The translations under genes and the position numbers were made by a program. This document shows, in pieces, positions 49,745 through 62,720 of a DNA stretch of 64,000 nucleotides. Origin of the DNA: Batkoa obscura (taxonomy: Eukaryota); contig JASVEC010000028.1 in the NCBI GenBank assembly GCA_030770535.1, positions 496,001 through 560,000 on the forward strand, written 5' to 3'. Position 1 is the stretch's first letter. The number at the start of each line of letters is the position of its first letter. Below the pieces are notes generated by a model that saw only the letters and a list, made by a program, of their open reading frames with translations, had not been told where the DNA came from and made no database searches.

Positions 49745-51409
49745 ATGAGTACTTATATGTCCAGTAAAAACGAAAATTTAGATCCATTACCAAGTAATGA
49801 AGATAATAATGACTCCGATTATCGAAATGGAAGACGATCTAGAGCGAGTCGGGAACAAGTAGCTATCTTAGAAGAATCGTTTAAAAGTAATAATCAACCT
49901 AGTGCTAAAGCACGCGAATTATTAGCTAAGAAATTAAACATGCCCGAACGTACGGTTCAAATTTGGTTTCAAAATCGACGAGCAAAAATCAAATTAGGTC
50001 AACGTAAACATCATTTAGCTTTAAAAGAAGAAGCTTTACGTCAACATTGTTTAGCTGCTTATTCGGGTAGACCTTCTGTTTTACCTCCTCAATTAGTTAG
50101 ACCCGGTTTAACTCCAGATTTACAAGCAGTTAGTGCTTTCCCTAATGCTTCCTCCCCAATGGTTAACAATGCCAATTTTTCCCCTTATCCAGCTAGTTCC
50201 CCTTTCTTTACCAATCAACCCACTTTCAATGGTAATTATTCATCGAATTTTTCTACCCCTGTTGTTAATACTATACCCGTATTTGAAGATAATAATCAAT
50301 TTAATAATAGTAATAATACTAATGAAACAAGCAATACATTAAATAAAAATAATAATATCTTTCAATGTTCTATATTAACCATAGGTACATGGCGAAGAAT
50401 GCCCTTAGGTAATGATGAGTTGGTATGTAGTTATAGTATTGAAACGAATCAAATGGCATGGGTAATTGGGGATAAAATGGCTAAATTTCGTATATGTTTT
50501 CCATTTTCTTGTATTAAAAATATGACATTAGCATTTATTGATGCAATCTATGCTGAATTAAGTATTGAAATTAATGGACCACCTTCGTTTTCAACACTTA
50601 ATAAAGATAAAGTTTGGTCCCCTTGTGGTGATTTTACGGAAAATCATCAAGCTAGTGTTAATCATAAACATGTGATTACTGGTGATGCTCAAAGTTTAAG
50701 AGTTCAATTATTAAAGTTATTAGAATTATCTTCTAGATTACAAAATATTACTGAAATTAAACAAACAGGACCAAGTAATAATAATAATAATAATAATAAT
50801 AATAGTACAAATAATCCAGGTAATTTAGCTCATAATATAACTAGTAATAATCATCCTTATCAAACACCTACTCAAGAGAAAGTAATTCAATTCCCAAGTA
50901 ATACAATGTCAACAATGTCAACAATGGATTCATTTAATCAACATACACCTAATCCAAATCCATTTGCTTATTCTACTTTCGAAGAAAAACCGATTAATAA
51001 TTTAAATTATTTGCAAAGTTTACATCAAGCACAACAATTGGCATTATCTGCTCATGCTACACCTATATTAGATCAAAATGCTTGTTTTTCACCACATACT
51101 CATACTACTCCTCATTTCGATATGAATAATTTTCAATATAATGAATTTGATCCAAATAATTTAAACCCATTTAATACTAATCAACATCAACAATTAAATG
51201 GAACTAATTCAATTCATCCTAATTTTGAATATAATAATTTTAATCATCCATTTGCAATGAGTGGGAATAATAATAATAATAATAATGAAAATAATATAAA
51301 TAGTAATGAACAATTTGGTCAACAAAATGAAGAGAAAGAAATGGATGCTGATAAAAATAATAACAATATTAATCAATTGATTAATCAACAATTGTCCTCT
51401 CCTAAATGA
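49745..51409 (+). CDS. Homeodomain transcription factor, Phx1/Hoy1-like
   Basis: RRSRASREQVAILEESF..RELLAKKLNMPERTVQIWFQNRRAK; C-terminal family domain LTIGTWRRM..FPFSCIK..PPSF..W.PCGDFTENHQAS; N/Q-rich tracts. Confidence 0.92.
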   Translation: MSTYMSSKNENLDPLPSNEDNNDSDYRNGRRSRASREQVAILEESFKSNNQPSAKARELLAKKLNMPERTVQIWFQNRRAKIKLGQRKHHLALKEEALRQHCLAAYSGRPSVLPPQLVRPGLTPDLQAVSAFPNASSPMVNNANFSPYPASSPFFTNQPTFNGNYSSNFSTPVVNTIPVFEDNNQFNNSNNTNETSNTLNKNNNIFQCSILTIGTWRRMPLGNDELVCSYSIETNQMAWVIGDKMAKFRICFPFSCIKNMTLAFIDAIYAELSIEINGPPSFSTLNKDKVWSPCGDFTENHQASVNHKHVITGDAQSLRVQLLKLLELSSRLQNITEIKQTGPSNNNNNNNNNSTNNPGNLAHNITSNNHPYQTPTQEKVIQFPSNTMSTMSTMDSFNQHTPNPNPFAYSTFEEKPINNLNYLQSLHQAQQLALSAHATPILDQNACFSPHTHTTPHFDMNNFQYNEFDPNNLNPFNTNQHQQLNGTNSIHPNFEYNNFNHPFAMSGNNNNNNNENNINSNEQFGQQNEEKEMDADKNNNNINQLINQQLSSPK

Positions 51410-51940
51410 GAAAATTAATTCAATTTAATTATACTCTTTTTTTTTAGCTGTATAAAAAATCACTTGATTCCTTTCTTTCATCTCCCTCCCTTTCTTTTAT
51501 TTGATATATTTTTGTTACTTTATCATTTCCTCATTGATATTAGCTTGCCTATATTACTATTACCTTCCATCCACTTTGTTTTTTTTGAAATAAAATATAA
51601 ACATTTGATTTTGTTTTTTATTATTTTTATTAATATGTTCTTTAATTATATTGACAACAATAATAATATTAAAAAAAACATTTATAATGTTACTTTATTA
51701 TCCTTTTAATTTATTGTTTTTTAATATTGTTGTTAATAAATAATAATAATAATAATAATAATAATAATTTAATTAATAATTAATGATTAATCCAATTACT
51801 TGAATAAATGATTAAAATTTGATGTAAATGGAATTTTCAAATTCATAATTGGAACTTAATTTTAAAGGTTCATCTTTTATTTTAAAATATTTGAAATATA
51901 TTATTTTTAAAATAATAATTAACAACAATAAACTAAAACT

Positions 51941-53690
51941 ATGGAGGTAACTTAATTATTAATTAAATAATTTAATGATCTTAATTCTTTTCTTTTTATC
52001 TTTTCATTAATAGAAAAAAATATTGAATATAAAATTTATTCACCCAGATTTAGGGATTGGGGGTGCTGAACGATTAATCATCGATGCTGCTTCTGGTCTT
52101 CGAAATCTTGGTCATCATGTCATTGTTTACACTTCTCATTATGACCCCAATCATTGTTTTGAAGAAACATTAGATGGTCGAGTTGATGTTAAAGTAGCAG
52201 GAAATAGTATAATACCCAATTCTATCTTCAATAATAAGTTTAAAGTATTTTGTGCTTGGTTAAGAAGTTTTCATTTAATTAGTAATTTGATTGTAAATAA
52301 AGTGAAAGCGGATGTAATAGTAGTAGATCAAGTATCAGCAGCTATCCCATTATTAAAAGTTATGGGTTATAAAGTAAGTTTCATTTTATTAGATTCTTTT
52401 TTCTTAAATTTTATTTTTAGGTACTATTTTATTGTCATTATCCCGATAAATTATTAACAGGAAGAGAAACTTTATTAAAAGCAATTTATAGATATCCGAT
52501 TGATAAATTAGAAGAATGGACAACAGGTGATTTATTTTTATATGATTTTATTCAATATACTAATATTCAATTAATATAATATTATATAATTTTTATTTTT
52601 ATTTTTGATTAAATTAGCCCAAGCTGATAAAATTTTAGTGAATAGTAATTTTACATTAGGAGTATTTAAAAAAGCATTTCCAAGTATTCAACAAGTACCT
52701 GAAGTATTATATCCTGGTATTCAAATTGATAATTATAAGTTAGGGGTAGACGAAGAAGTATTAAATGATGAAAGTGTCATTCCTATTTTAAGGTAATTAT
52801 ATTTATATTTATATTTATATATTTATATATTTATATATTTATATTTTATTTTATTTTATTTATATTATATATTTTTTAGTAAAAATAAATTATTAATAAC
52901 ATCTATTAATCGATTTGAACGTAAAAAAAATATTGGTTTAGCTATTAAAGCATTTGCTGAAATTATTAATGATAAGAATAAAAAAAAGAAATACATTAAA
53001 AAATTAAGATTGATAATAGCAGGTAATTCTAATCTATTGTATTATTTAATAGAATAATAATTAATATATATTATATATAATATTATAGGTGGTTATGATA
53101 TTGAAAATATAGAAAATATTGAACATTTAAAAGAATTAATTAATTTAACTCAAGAATTGAATTTATCTTATCAAGTTTATTTTAATAATATAATAGATAA
53201 CACTCCTATCCAAGACACTACTCAAGTATTATTTTTACCTTCCTTTAATGAAAAACAACGACGTTATTTACTTAATAATTCCTTATGTTTAATTTATACT
53301 CCCACTGGAGAACACTTTGGCATTGTTCCAATAGAAGCTATGTATTGTAAATTACCAGTAATAGCAGTGAACTCAGGTGGACCTAAAGAAACGATTAATC
53401 ATAATGAAACAGGATATTTAACTTTTCCATCACCAAAAGAGTTTTCCAGTTGTATTAAAAAATTCGTTAGCAATCCCAATTTAGCTAAAGAATTAGGAAT
53501 CAATGGCAATTTAAGAGTATTACAGAAATTTACATCGGAAAAATTTGATAGCAAATTGGAATATATTTTAATCAAATTAGTTAATGAAAAGGAAAAACAA
53601 AGAAATTTGTTTCAAATAATGATTGTTTGGGCTTATTCATTGTTATTTTTGATACTTTTTTTACCTTTTGTTTATTTAGGTTGGGTTTAA
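51941..53690 (+). CDS. ALG2: Alpha-1,3/1,6-mannosyltransferase ALG2 (GT4), 6 exons
   Basis: FIHPDLGIGGAERLIIDAA, HCFEET, LFYCHYPDK, SINRFERKKNI, YTPTGEHFGIVPIEAM; first coding exon ATGGAG (51941-51946) splices in frame to 52014. Confidence 0.93.
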
Positions 53691-53767
53691 ATAAAAAGAA
53701 TATAATATTGATTTCCTAGTGAATAAAATTAAAGTTAAGTTTTTGTTGAATTTTTAAATTAACAGCT

Positions 53768-53860
53768 GGGGGTGTTTTTTGTTTAAGAATTTTACTAGTA
53801 ATCTTTCTGCTCAAATAGCGCTTAAAAAATGGAAAAAATGAAATCAAAAAAAACATCCTC
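53768..53860 (+). mobile_element. MITE copy just 3' of ALG2
   Basis: GGGGGTG...CATCCTC. Confidence 0.88.
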
Positions 53861-54109
53861 ATATTATTATTAGTAATATAATATTTTAAAATATCAAATT
53901 TATTTTGTGTATTATTATAATTAAATTAAAATATATAAGTAATATATAAGTAAATTTTATTATATCAATAATAGAATTAATTGAAAACATTTATAATAAA
54001 ACAGAATCCTTAATATTATTCATTTATTTATTTTTTTAAAATAATATTCAAAAAATTCTATTTTCATTTATCATTAAATCATTTTTATTAATCAACTATA
54101 ATCAATAAT

Positions 54110-54379
54110 TTATTCTGGTCCTGTTTTACCATCTTGATGTTTAGCTTCTTTTTCAGCAGCAATTTGAATATCCCTATCTCTTTCATCTTCACCTACTATT
54201 TTTTCTTTTAAATTTTTTAATCCTTGTTTAATTCCAGATAAAGCTCCTTCTTTTTCTTCATGAGGATGAGAATGAGTGTGAGGATTGTTACCAGCGACAG
54301 CAGCGGTACCAGTAGTTACACGATCATGAGAATTGATAGCAGCGTTATTAATTGTAGTACTTGTTTTATGTGGCTCCAT
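54110..54379 (-). CDS. Small hydrophilic (hydrophilin/dehydrin-like) protein, 89 aa
   Basis: ATG ORF with higher GC than flanks; no Cys or aromatic residues; His tract followed by an amphipathic Lys-rich segment. Confidence 0.65.
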   Translation of the reverse strand: MEPHKTSTTINNAAINSHDRVTTGTAAVAGNNPHTHSHPHEEKEGALSGIKQGLKNLKEKIVGEDERDRDIQIAAEKEAKHQDGKTGPE

Positions 54380-55070
54380 TTTATTTGTAAACTGAAAAAT
54401 TAACTTACTTTTTTTGCTTTTATATCATATAGTTTGAATATTTTGATCATGGTGATGTCATTACTTGAAAGGAAATAAATGATTGAAATGGGGTTAAATA
54501 AATGTTTTAATATAAACTTCAAACTAAAATTATTTAATAAATTTAATAAATGATATTGTTATGAATAAATTAATAAAAATTATAATGAATTAAATGTTTT
54601 AATTCCAATCAGTATATTTTATTTATTATTGTAAATATAGTCCAATGTCTTTAATAAAAACTCTAAGCTTAAAACACAGTCACAACTTGATTATTTGAAT
54701 ATTGATTATTTTTATTTTTGATATTTAATAATAGGTTTAAAATAAGTCTTTATCACTTCATTATATTTATCTAATCTATAAGATAGAAATTCAATATAAT
54801 GTCTTTTAACTTAGGCTTATTTATTTATTGTTTATAAAAGTATTTTTGAACTAGTTAATATTTGAAAATTAATAAATTTAATATCTTAAGACTTTATTTA
54901 TTTTAATATTAATTTAATAATTGATTGTATTTATCTTATACTATTACTATTATTTAAGTTGTATAATATTGATAGGCTATATAATAAGCATATATATATA
55001 TATTACAACCTTTGCTACTTTATAATATTTTATTTTATTCCTTATAAAAGCATTTTAAAAGTTAATATAT

Positions 55071-55643
55071 GGGAGTGTTTTTTTTGGCTTCACTTTTTCC
55101 ATCTTTCAAGCGCTATTTCAGTATTTCAGTATGTGAAATATTGCTTTATTTAGCTCTCGGATTGATTATAATATAACAATCACTTAAGTTGTTGTGTTCT
55201 CAAGTTCAAACACAATCAAGCCAGAGTCCCTTATTTTGATTTGCTGCGAGAATTTCTAACTTCATATTGCAAGGAATAATATCTTCTCGTTTTGATATCC
55301 ATACTTGTTGGAGTATAAAAGAGATTCTTCAATATGATAACTCGAGGCTTTTTAACTGAATTACTCCCTGATATCGTACTATTAATAAAGCCATTAAGTC
55401 TTTCTGACAACTTCTTACGTAGATTTTACAGTAGTATTGTCTATTCTATTTGTTTTACATAGTTCGTAACTTATTACGTATTATTCCTATTCATTTAAGT
55501 CTATTTTAGTTACATAAACTAAGGCCGTTCGACTCAAGGCAAGTTAATCAAGCAAGAACTGCTTTTAACTCCTACCACTGAGTACCAACTTCCACAAGTA
55601 GAATAATTGTTAGTAAAATTTTTAAACAAAAAAATACATCCCC
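55071..55643 (-). mobile_element. MITE copy split by a solo LTR insertion
   Basis: MITE halves at 55071-55131 and 55597-55643 rejoin to the family consensus. Confidence 0.88.
55132..55596 (+). mobile_element. Solo LTR (465 bp), same family as 19306-19768
   Basis: TGTGAAA...TTCCACA termini, 4-bp TSD AGTA/AGTA. Confidence 0.85.
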
Positions 55644-55852
55644 AATTGTTTTTTTATATTTAAAATTAAAAAAAAACAATAATTTATTCTAATTTTAAAT
55701 ATGTTATTAACTTTATTTTATCAATCCTTTGTCCTTTTCTTATAAATATTATATTATTATATAGTAATATGTTTCATTCATTTTGATTATCTTACTGTAT
55801 TTAAGAACAAATTAATAATTTTTTGGCAAATAATATACTAAATATAATATAT

Positions 55853-55951
55853 GGGGATGTATTTTTGTGTTTAAGAATTTCACTAACAATTATTCTACTC
55901 AAATAGTGCTTAAAAGATGGAAAAAGTGATGAAGCCAAAAAAAACACCCCC
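55853..55951 (+). mobile_element. MITE copy
   Basis: GGGGATG...CACCCCC; flanks ATAT/AAAT. Confidence 0.9.
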
Positions 55952-57822
55952 AAATATTAATAAAGCTATATTATCTAGATATCAACTGATAGATATTGTA
56001 TATAGATATAAATATATTCATTGTTAAAATTCAACCAACTATTATCTCTTTTAATTGAGCATCTTGAATTAAATTTTAAAAAAATGAATATACAAACAAA
56101 AAGGAACTTTTGGTGTAAAAAATCAATTAAATGAACGGGGTTTGCTTATATTATTAAAATAATATAAAATAAAATCCAATTTTAAGTAACACATTTATTT
56201 AATCATTAGCTTGAATTTGGAATTTAGAATTCTAGATTTATTAGATGCTTACTTAATCTAATTGAATATCTTAAGCTTAAACATTATTTGATAAATGATT
56301 CAAATGGAACTCAATTAACAGTTAGTAGTCCAAGTTCAAATCAATAGAATATTTGAAATTTGCTTCTATTCAAGTTAAAGAAGGTAGTACAAAGAAGTTG
56401 GTGTAAACTTTCGATTCAAAATTGAGATATCAACAATATGGAGTAAATATAGTTTATATTAAAGTCAAAAAGAATAATACAATAAATACTCAGGGCTTAT
56501 CAAATAAATGTATATGATTAAACCATAATTCATTAAATTTCAGATATTGTAAATGGTTTATTATATTTAAAAAATTGTTTTTACTTAAATTGTATATTCA
56601 TCAACTAATTTTTAAGGGATGTAAAAAATTGTATATAAATCTTCAGATTATTTAACAAATCTTAAAAACAAATACTGTATAATTACAATAACTTTAGTGG
56701 TTTTTGATAATGTGAGCATTTCAATAAACATATCATAAACTTATAAAGAACCAGAATATATGAACTACATAAATATGAAATAGAATATATCAACAAGTTT
56801 GTTTAAAAATAAATTTTATCAATTTTTATTACTAGATTACTAGAAAACTAGTATAATAGAAGGGATAAGTTGATTCTAATAAAGTCAAAGGGCTCTCTTT
56901 TTGTATATTAGTAGACGAAATTTTAATTAAGCATAAAATTGAGGGAGTGAAAAGGAAAGTTGATGAAGTAATTATAATAAAAAAAATATCGGAACGAAGT
57001 AAACATTAATTTCACTTTAAAATGATTATTTGTTACTGAATATAGAACATGTCTTATTAAACTAAAGTGTTATTTCCTGAGAAAGAAATGAAATTAACAC
57101 AAATGAAATTAAAGTGATTTGATAATTGATAACACACAACAACTTTGGAAACAAGTTTTTAAATATTTCAAATCACGTTGTTGACTGGAGAGGATTTGGA
57201 ATTCAATCTAAAAATAAAAACCATAAAACTTAACAAATCATAAAAGTTGATATTTGTTGACTTAGAATTTAATGAGAAAAAAATTAAATTATGTTCTTTG
57301 TATGCAAGTTGGAAAACTAAATGTATAAAAAGGAGCGGTAATTATCAATTGAATTCAAATGAACGTAATAAAGCATAAAATATAAAATATAAAACATAAA
57401 ATGTTAGTTCTATTAATTTTAATATAATAAAGTAGATAACAAAGAGACTTATTTTTATTTATTTACTATTTTAATATCATTTTAATACGAAATAATAGTC
57501 ATAAACTATACTTTTAATTTCTTTTTAAAGGATTATTAACTTTAAGCTGAAATAATGTTTTTAGTAACTCCTCGCTTTTATTAACTTAGTATACATTTTA
57601 CTAAATATAAATTAAAGGGGATAAAAAATTAGGTCAAATGATTTTTGCTTAAAATGTAATAATGCCATTCAGTAAAGTTTACTTAATATCAACAAAATAA
57701 AAATGTAAAAGTATAAAAAGCTATCAATTTGACTTTGAAACAAATCAAGTTATTATACTTAATTTTTAGGGGAGGACTTTTAGTTATATCAACTTAATTT
57801 TATTACTATTTCTTTAATCATT

Positions 57823-60138
57823 ATGCTTTTCTCTATCATTCCTTTAGTATTAGTTAGTGTTGTATTAGGTTCCAGATACCCTAACAATGTAGATTGGGAA
57901 CATCCTTGTGGACGTGGACATTTCAATGAAGGTCATGACGGTCAAGTTGAAAGGTTAATCTCCAAAATGAATTTACGTGAAAAAATCGGTCAATTATCCC
58001 AACTTAATATTGGTATTTTAATTAACAAAACTACTCAAGAATTAGATCCTAAACTTGTGGATTATTATGTTAATGAAATGCAAGTTGGTTCCTTTTTTAA
58101 TAATCTTGTTGATGGTACTGAAGCTGTACCACCAAGACCAGATAAATGGGTACGTGTAATGAATCAATTACAAGATGCTACTCAAAAAAATCGGTTAAAG
58201 ATTCCTATGCTTTATGGTTTAGATTCTGTCCATGGTGCTCATTACGTTTATGGTGCTACTATTTTCCCACAGCAATTAGGACAAGCTGCTACTTTTAATC
58301 GTACTTTAGTTAAAAAAATTGGTGAAATTACAGCTAAAGATACCAGAGCTGTTGGTGTCCATTGGAATTTCTCTCCAATTTTAGATATTGCTGTTAATAA
58401 ACAATGGCCAAGAGTTTATGAAACTTTTGGTGAAGATCCATACGTTGCTGCTGAATTAGGTAGAGAAACTATTGTTGGTTACCAAGGTTGTGGTAAAGAT
58501 TTAACTCGTCAAGATAAAGTAGCTGCTACTATGAAACATTTTATTGGTTATTCTTCTACTCGTTCTGGTAAAGATGTGGATGGTGCTTGGATGTCTGAAA
58601 GAATTGTCAATGATTATTTTAGACCAAGTTTCCAAGCCGCTGTTGAAGCTGGTATTGCTACTACTATGGAATCTTACTCTGATATTGATGGTGATCATTT
58701 AGTTAGCTCTAAACAATATTTAGTTGATTTACTTCGTAAGAAAATGAATTTTAAAGGTGCTTTAGTTACTGATTATCAACAAATTCAAAAATTACATGAT
58801 CCAATTCATATTGCTTCTTCTCAAGAAGATGCTGTTTATAAAGTAATGAAATTGGGTACTTTAGATATGTCCATGATTCCAAATGATATTACTTTTATTA
58901 CTATTTTGGAAGGCTTAATCAAAAAAGGTAGAATCTCAATGAACCTCATTGATAATAACGTACGTCGTATGCTCGTTTTGAAGAAAAAGTTAGGATTACT
59001 TGGTTCAACTGGTAAGGTAGATGTCAATTCACAATTGGTTAGAAGCATTGGATCTAAAGAAGATCGTCAAGTATCCTTAGATGCAGCAAGAGAATCTGTT
59101 ATTTTATTACATAATAAAAATAATGCTCTTCCACTTAAAAAAGGTCTTAAAGTATTAGTAACTGGTCCAACTGCTGATTCCATTAGTTACCAAACTGGTG
59201 GATGGACTTTCCAATGGCAAGGAACTAATAAAGATGAATGGTATCAAGGGAACGGAACTACCATCGTTGAAGGATTGAAGAAATTCGCTAGTGTCACCCA
59301 TTTACCTTCCATTGATATTAATGGAAACTGGATTGGTTCTGGTATCGATGGTGTTGTACGTGCTGCTAAAGATCATGATGCTATTGTAGTATGTATTGGT
59401 GAAGCTAATTATGCTGAATTCTTTGGAAATATAAGTGATATGGCTATCCATTATATGCAATTAAATATCCTTTATGCTTTAATTGGTAATACTGACAAAC
59501 CTGTCATTGCTGTAGTAAATCAAGGTAGACCAAGAGTTATTAATTCGAATATTGATCAAGCCAGTGGTGTTATCAACAATTTCTTAGCTGGACCATATGC
59601 AGGTCAAGCTATTGCTGAAGTTATCTTTGGTGAGACTAACCCATCCGGCAAATTACCACTTACCTACTCCAACAAAGTTAATGATAATACTCAAAACTAT
59701 TACCGTCGCTTTAATGAAGATAACCCAAAAAATTTATGGGATTTTGGTCATGGTTTATCTTATACTACTTTCTCTTACTCCAATATCACTCTTTCCAAAA
59801 ACGTTATGACTCCTCAAGACCATATTGTCGTTTCCGTTAAAGTAACTAACTCTGGTGCTATAGCTGGCAAAGAAACCGTATTGATGTATGTTACTGATGA
59901 ATACCGTACCATTTCACCCGAAATTAAAAAATTAAGAGGGTTTGAAAAGATACATTTAAATGCTGGAGAAACTAAAGAAGTTAAATTTGTTATCAATGTT
60001 AAAGATCTCGCTTTTGCTGGTTTAGATAACAAATACATTGCTGAAGAAGGCTCTTTCTATGTTACCATTAAAGATTCAAAAGCTCCGTTTGAATTAAAAG
60101 TTGGCTATGGTCGTGATACTTTCTACCTTGGAGAATAA
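57823..60138 (+). CDS. Secreted glycoside hydrolase family 3 beta-glucosidase, intronless
   Basis: Signal peptide; GLDSVHG, RVYETFGEDP, MKHF, VTDY (nucleophile Asp), AARESVILL, NPSGKLP, FGHGLSYTTF, FnIII-like C-terminus. Confidence 0.95.
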   Translation: MLFSIIPLVLVSVVLGSRYPNNVDWEHPCGRGHFNEGHDGQVERLISKMNLREKIGQLSQLNIGILINKTTQELDPKLVDYYVNEMQVGSFFNNLVDGTEAVPPRPDKWVRVMNQLQDATQKNRLKIPMLYGLDSVHGAHYVYGATIFPQQLGQAATFNRTLVKKIGEITAKDTRAVGVHWNFSPILDIAVNKQWPRVYETFGEDPYVAAELGRETIVGYQGCGKDLTRQDKVAATMKHFIGYSSTRSGKDVDGAWMSERIVNDYFRPSFQAAVEAGIATTMESYSDIDGDHLVSSKQYLVDLLRKKMNFKGALVTDYQQIQKLHDPIHIASSQEDAVYKVMKLGTLDMSMIPNDITFITILEGLIKKGRISMNLIDNNVRRMLVLKKKLGLLGSTGKVDVNSQLVRSIGSKEDRQVSLDAARESVILLHNKNNALPLKKGLKVLVTGPTADSISYQTGGWTFQWQGTNKDEWYQGNGTTIVEGLKKFASVTHLPSIDINGNWIGSGIDGVVRAAKDHDAIVVCIGEANYAEFFGNISDMAIHYMQLNILYALIGNTDKPVIAVVNQGRPRVINSNIDQASGVINNFLAGPYAGQAIAEVIFGETNPSGKLPLTYSNKVNDNTQNYYRRFNEDNPKNLWDFGHGLSYTTFSYSNITLSKNVMTPQDHIVVSVKVTNSGAIAGKETVLMYVTDEYRTISPEIKKLRGFEKIHLNAGETKEVKFVINVKDLAFAGLDNKYIAEEGSFYVTIKDSKAPFELKVGYGRDTFYLGE

Positions 60139-60440
60139 GTTCTTGCTTAGCCATTTTTAAAGTTGGCTTTTGCATTTAGTTAAATAAAAATTAATTTATA
60201 AATTTATAAAATTTGAATGTTTTTAAAAGTTGAAAATTAGTTAAAATATATGAAATATGAAAATAAGATATTATTTTATTAATGACGTATTATCAATAGT
60301 TAATAGAGTACATACATTCAACTGAATTGTTGTATCTAAAGGCTTACTAACTTTATTGTGGTTACATTTAGGTCATTTCAAATAATCTGATTTTTGGGTA
60401 AAAAAGCTAATCATTGGTTGTGATAGATTTTTTTATATAT

Positions 60441-60537
60441 GGGGATGTATTTTTTTGTTTAAGAATTTTACTAACAGTCTTTCCGCTCAAATAGCGCTTA
60501 AAAAATGGAAAAGTAATGAAACTAAAAAAATACCCCC
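60441..60537 (+). mobile_element. MITE copy
   Basis: Family consensus; flanks ATAT/ATAT. Confidence 0.9.
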
Positions 60538-61454
60538 ATATGAGCAAATTTTTAATACATAAATACTTACTGCTTTTGTGTTTTTACCAATAGATTTGCC
60601 CAAATTCTTAGATTACTGAAGTGGAAGCTTATCATTAGCTTTAATATTATATCTCAGAGTATTGTAAGCTAAAGCAACAAAAGTGGATAATTTTCCATGA
60701 GACAACAACATTTCGGGTAGGGCGCTCTATGATCTTTCTTGTATTATTTCATTTTTTAAATTGAATTAAGCTTTAAAAGAGCTTACGTTTTCCAAAGAAG
60801 GACTTGATAATGCTCATTTTTATGCAGTATTTTAGCCGTCTTTATGGAACCTAAAATTTAAAAAACCAATACAAAATTAAAGTTATCTTTGTTTTTAAAA
60901 CTAATCAATCAAGTTAGTTGGCTTACATGTTATAAATATAACTAATGTATTGTTATATTAGGTAATAGATGATATTCAAATCTGTTGCTTTCCTTACCAA
61001 TATTTATTTCGAACTAATTGGCTTTTTCTAATTTTTAAAAAAATATTAGAATTTTAATTAAACAATATATTAATAAGAGCTATAACTTAAATACTAAAGC
61101 TAGAGATTGATATTGATTTTTACTATTATAGCTAAAAAGTAACCATCTACATAATCTTTAAAAAATACTCTTTATGCCAGGAATAATTTTAGCAAATCAC
61201 ATAGCTATTACAATGTTACGATTGTTCTATATGGAATAGCAATTTGTAATATAGCAATAGAAACAAGTATATAACTTTTTAATGTGTAAACAATTATATA
61301 TATGTTATATGATGGTAATTGAATAAAATAAAAGACATGAATTTTTAAATAGACACAAGGCATACTATAAAAAGGAAAATCTACTCTAATAAAGTCTACA
61401 ATCATTGTTTGTTGAGCAAATATATTCTATAATCAATATTCTAATTCTGACAAA

Positions 61455-61982
61455 ATGCATTTTCTTAATTTAAGCTTCCTTACTTTATTGTTAACTTCCA
61501 CTATTTATGGACAATCTACTGGCGAAGATTTTAGTCATGCTGTGCTTCGTATTGTTGATGAAAGAAGAGCAACCAGAGGCTTACCACCAATTCCATTTTC
61601 ATCCAAATTAACTAAAGTGGCTGAGGTCCATGCTCAAAACCAAGATGTAGCTAAAGTACCATTAACTCATGACTGGCATGGCGAATATGCATGTAGCATG
61701 GCTGATAGTGGACTCTGTATGTGGGATAAGCCTCTAAGAATAGCTGGATATGAGGACGCTGGATATGAATGTGGTTATAGTGGTGGTACTGATGATCCAA
61801 AATCTCTTGTCGATTCATGGGAAGGATCGCCAATGCATGCCCAAGTCTTATTTAATGAAGGCATATGGAATCAGCCTTGGGAGGCGGCTGGTGCTGGTAG
61901 ATCAGGAAATTATGGCTTTATGTGGTTTGGAAACCTTAAAGATGATTCTCCTAGTGGCACTCCTGAAGAAATTCGCCCTTAA
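61455..61982 (+). CDS. Secreted CAP/SCP domain protein, copy 2
   Basis: Close paralogue of 38694-39218. Confidence 0.85.
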   Translation: MHFLNLSFLTLLLTSTIYGQSTGEDFSHAVLRIVDERRATRGLPPIPFSSKLTKVAEVHAQNQDVAKVPLTHDWHGEYACSMADSGLCMWDKPLRIAGYEDAGYECGYSGGTDDPKSLVDSWEGSPMHAQVLFNEGIWNQPWEAAGAGRSGNYGFMWFGNLKDDSPSGTPEEIRP

Positions 61983-62720
61983 GTCCCTTTAGTCATTTAA
62001 ATTAAAGCAAAGCGAACTTGGCATTAACATTACATTTTTAAGTTCTTATTTTTTTAAAAAGAAACTTTGTATAGACATATATTTAAATCAAAAGTAAATA
62101 TTTATTATAAAGTTTGTGAAGGGATTATAGACTCTGATTCCTCTTTATAAACCTTCGGATATTTCAAGTTCAACTTATTTATTTATATTTATTTATAAAA
62201 TTTCATATAAAGTTAAACCAGATAATTTAGCTTTTAAATATCTAGTGATAATTATAATAATTTTGTATATGTTTATTAAGTATAGGTACAAGAATCATTT
62301 GAAAAATTTGTTACTTTGAAATAGATAGCTTGATCCTTAGTTTAAAATATTCAAGGGTTTATTTGTAATTAAAGGCTATATTATATATATTTATTGCCAT
62401 ACATTATTCTTTAAAAGGCAATATCTTAAGGAAGCACTACATAACCTTCTCAAGTGATTTTGCGGCTTTATACAATAATAAGTCTTTTATTTTAATAGTT
62501 TGATTTCCAAACGTTAGTATCTCTTGTACGTATTATAAACAATGTCATAACTCTTTAAATGTACGATATAATCCCATTTTATAACTGTATCTTAGGGGAT
62601 ATTAAAGTCTCATGAAACTCATATAATCTGTTAATTTTTAAATGCTATTAAGGATAAATTAAAGCCATCAATTACTTGAAACTACATTAAGTAAATTATA
62701 GCAATTATAAAGTACTATTT

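Noticed and set aside
19306..55596. The two LTRs as ends of one 36-kb retroelement
   Set aside because: Each has its own TSD, and the interval holds host genes with no gag-pol
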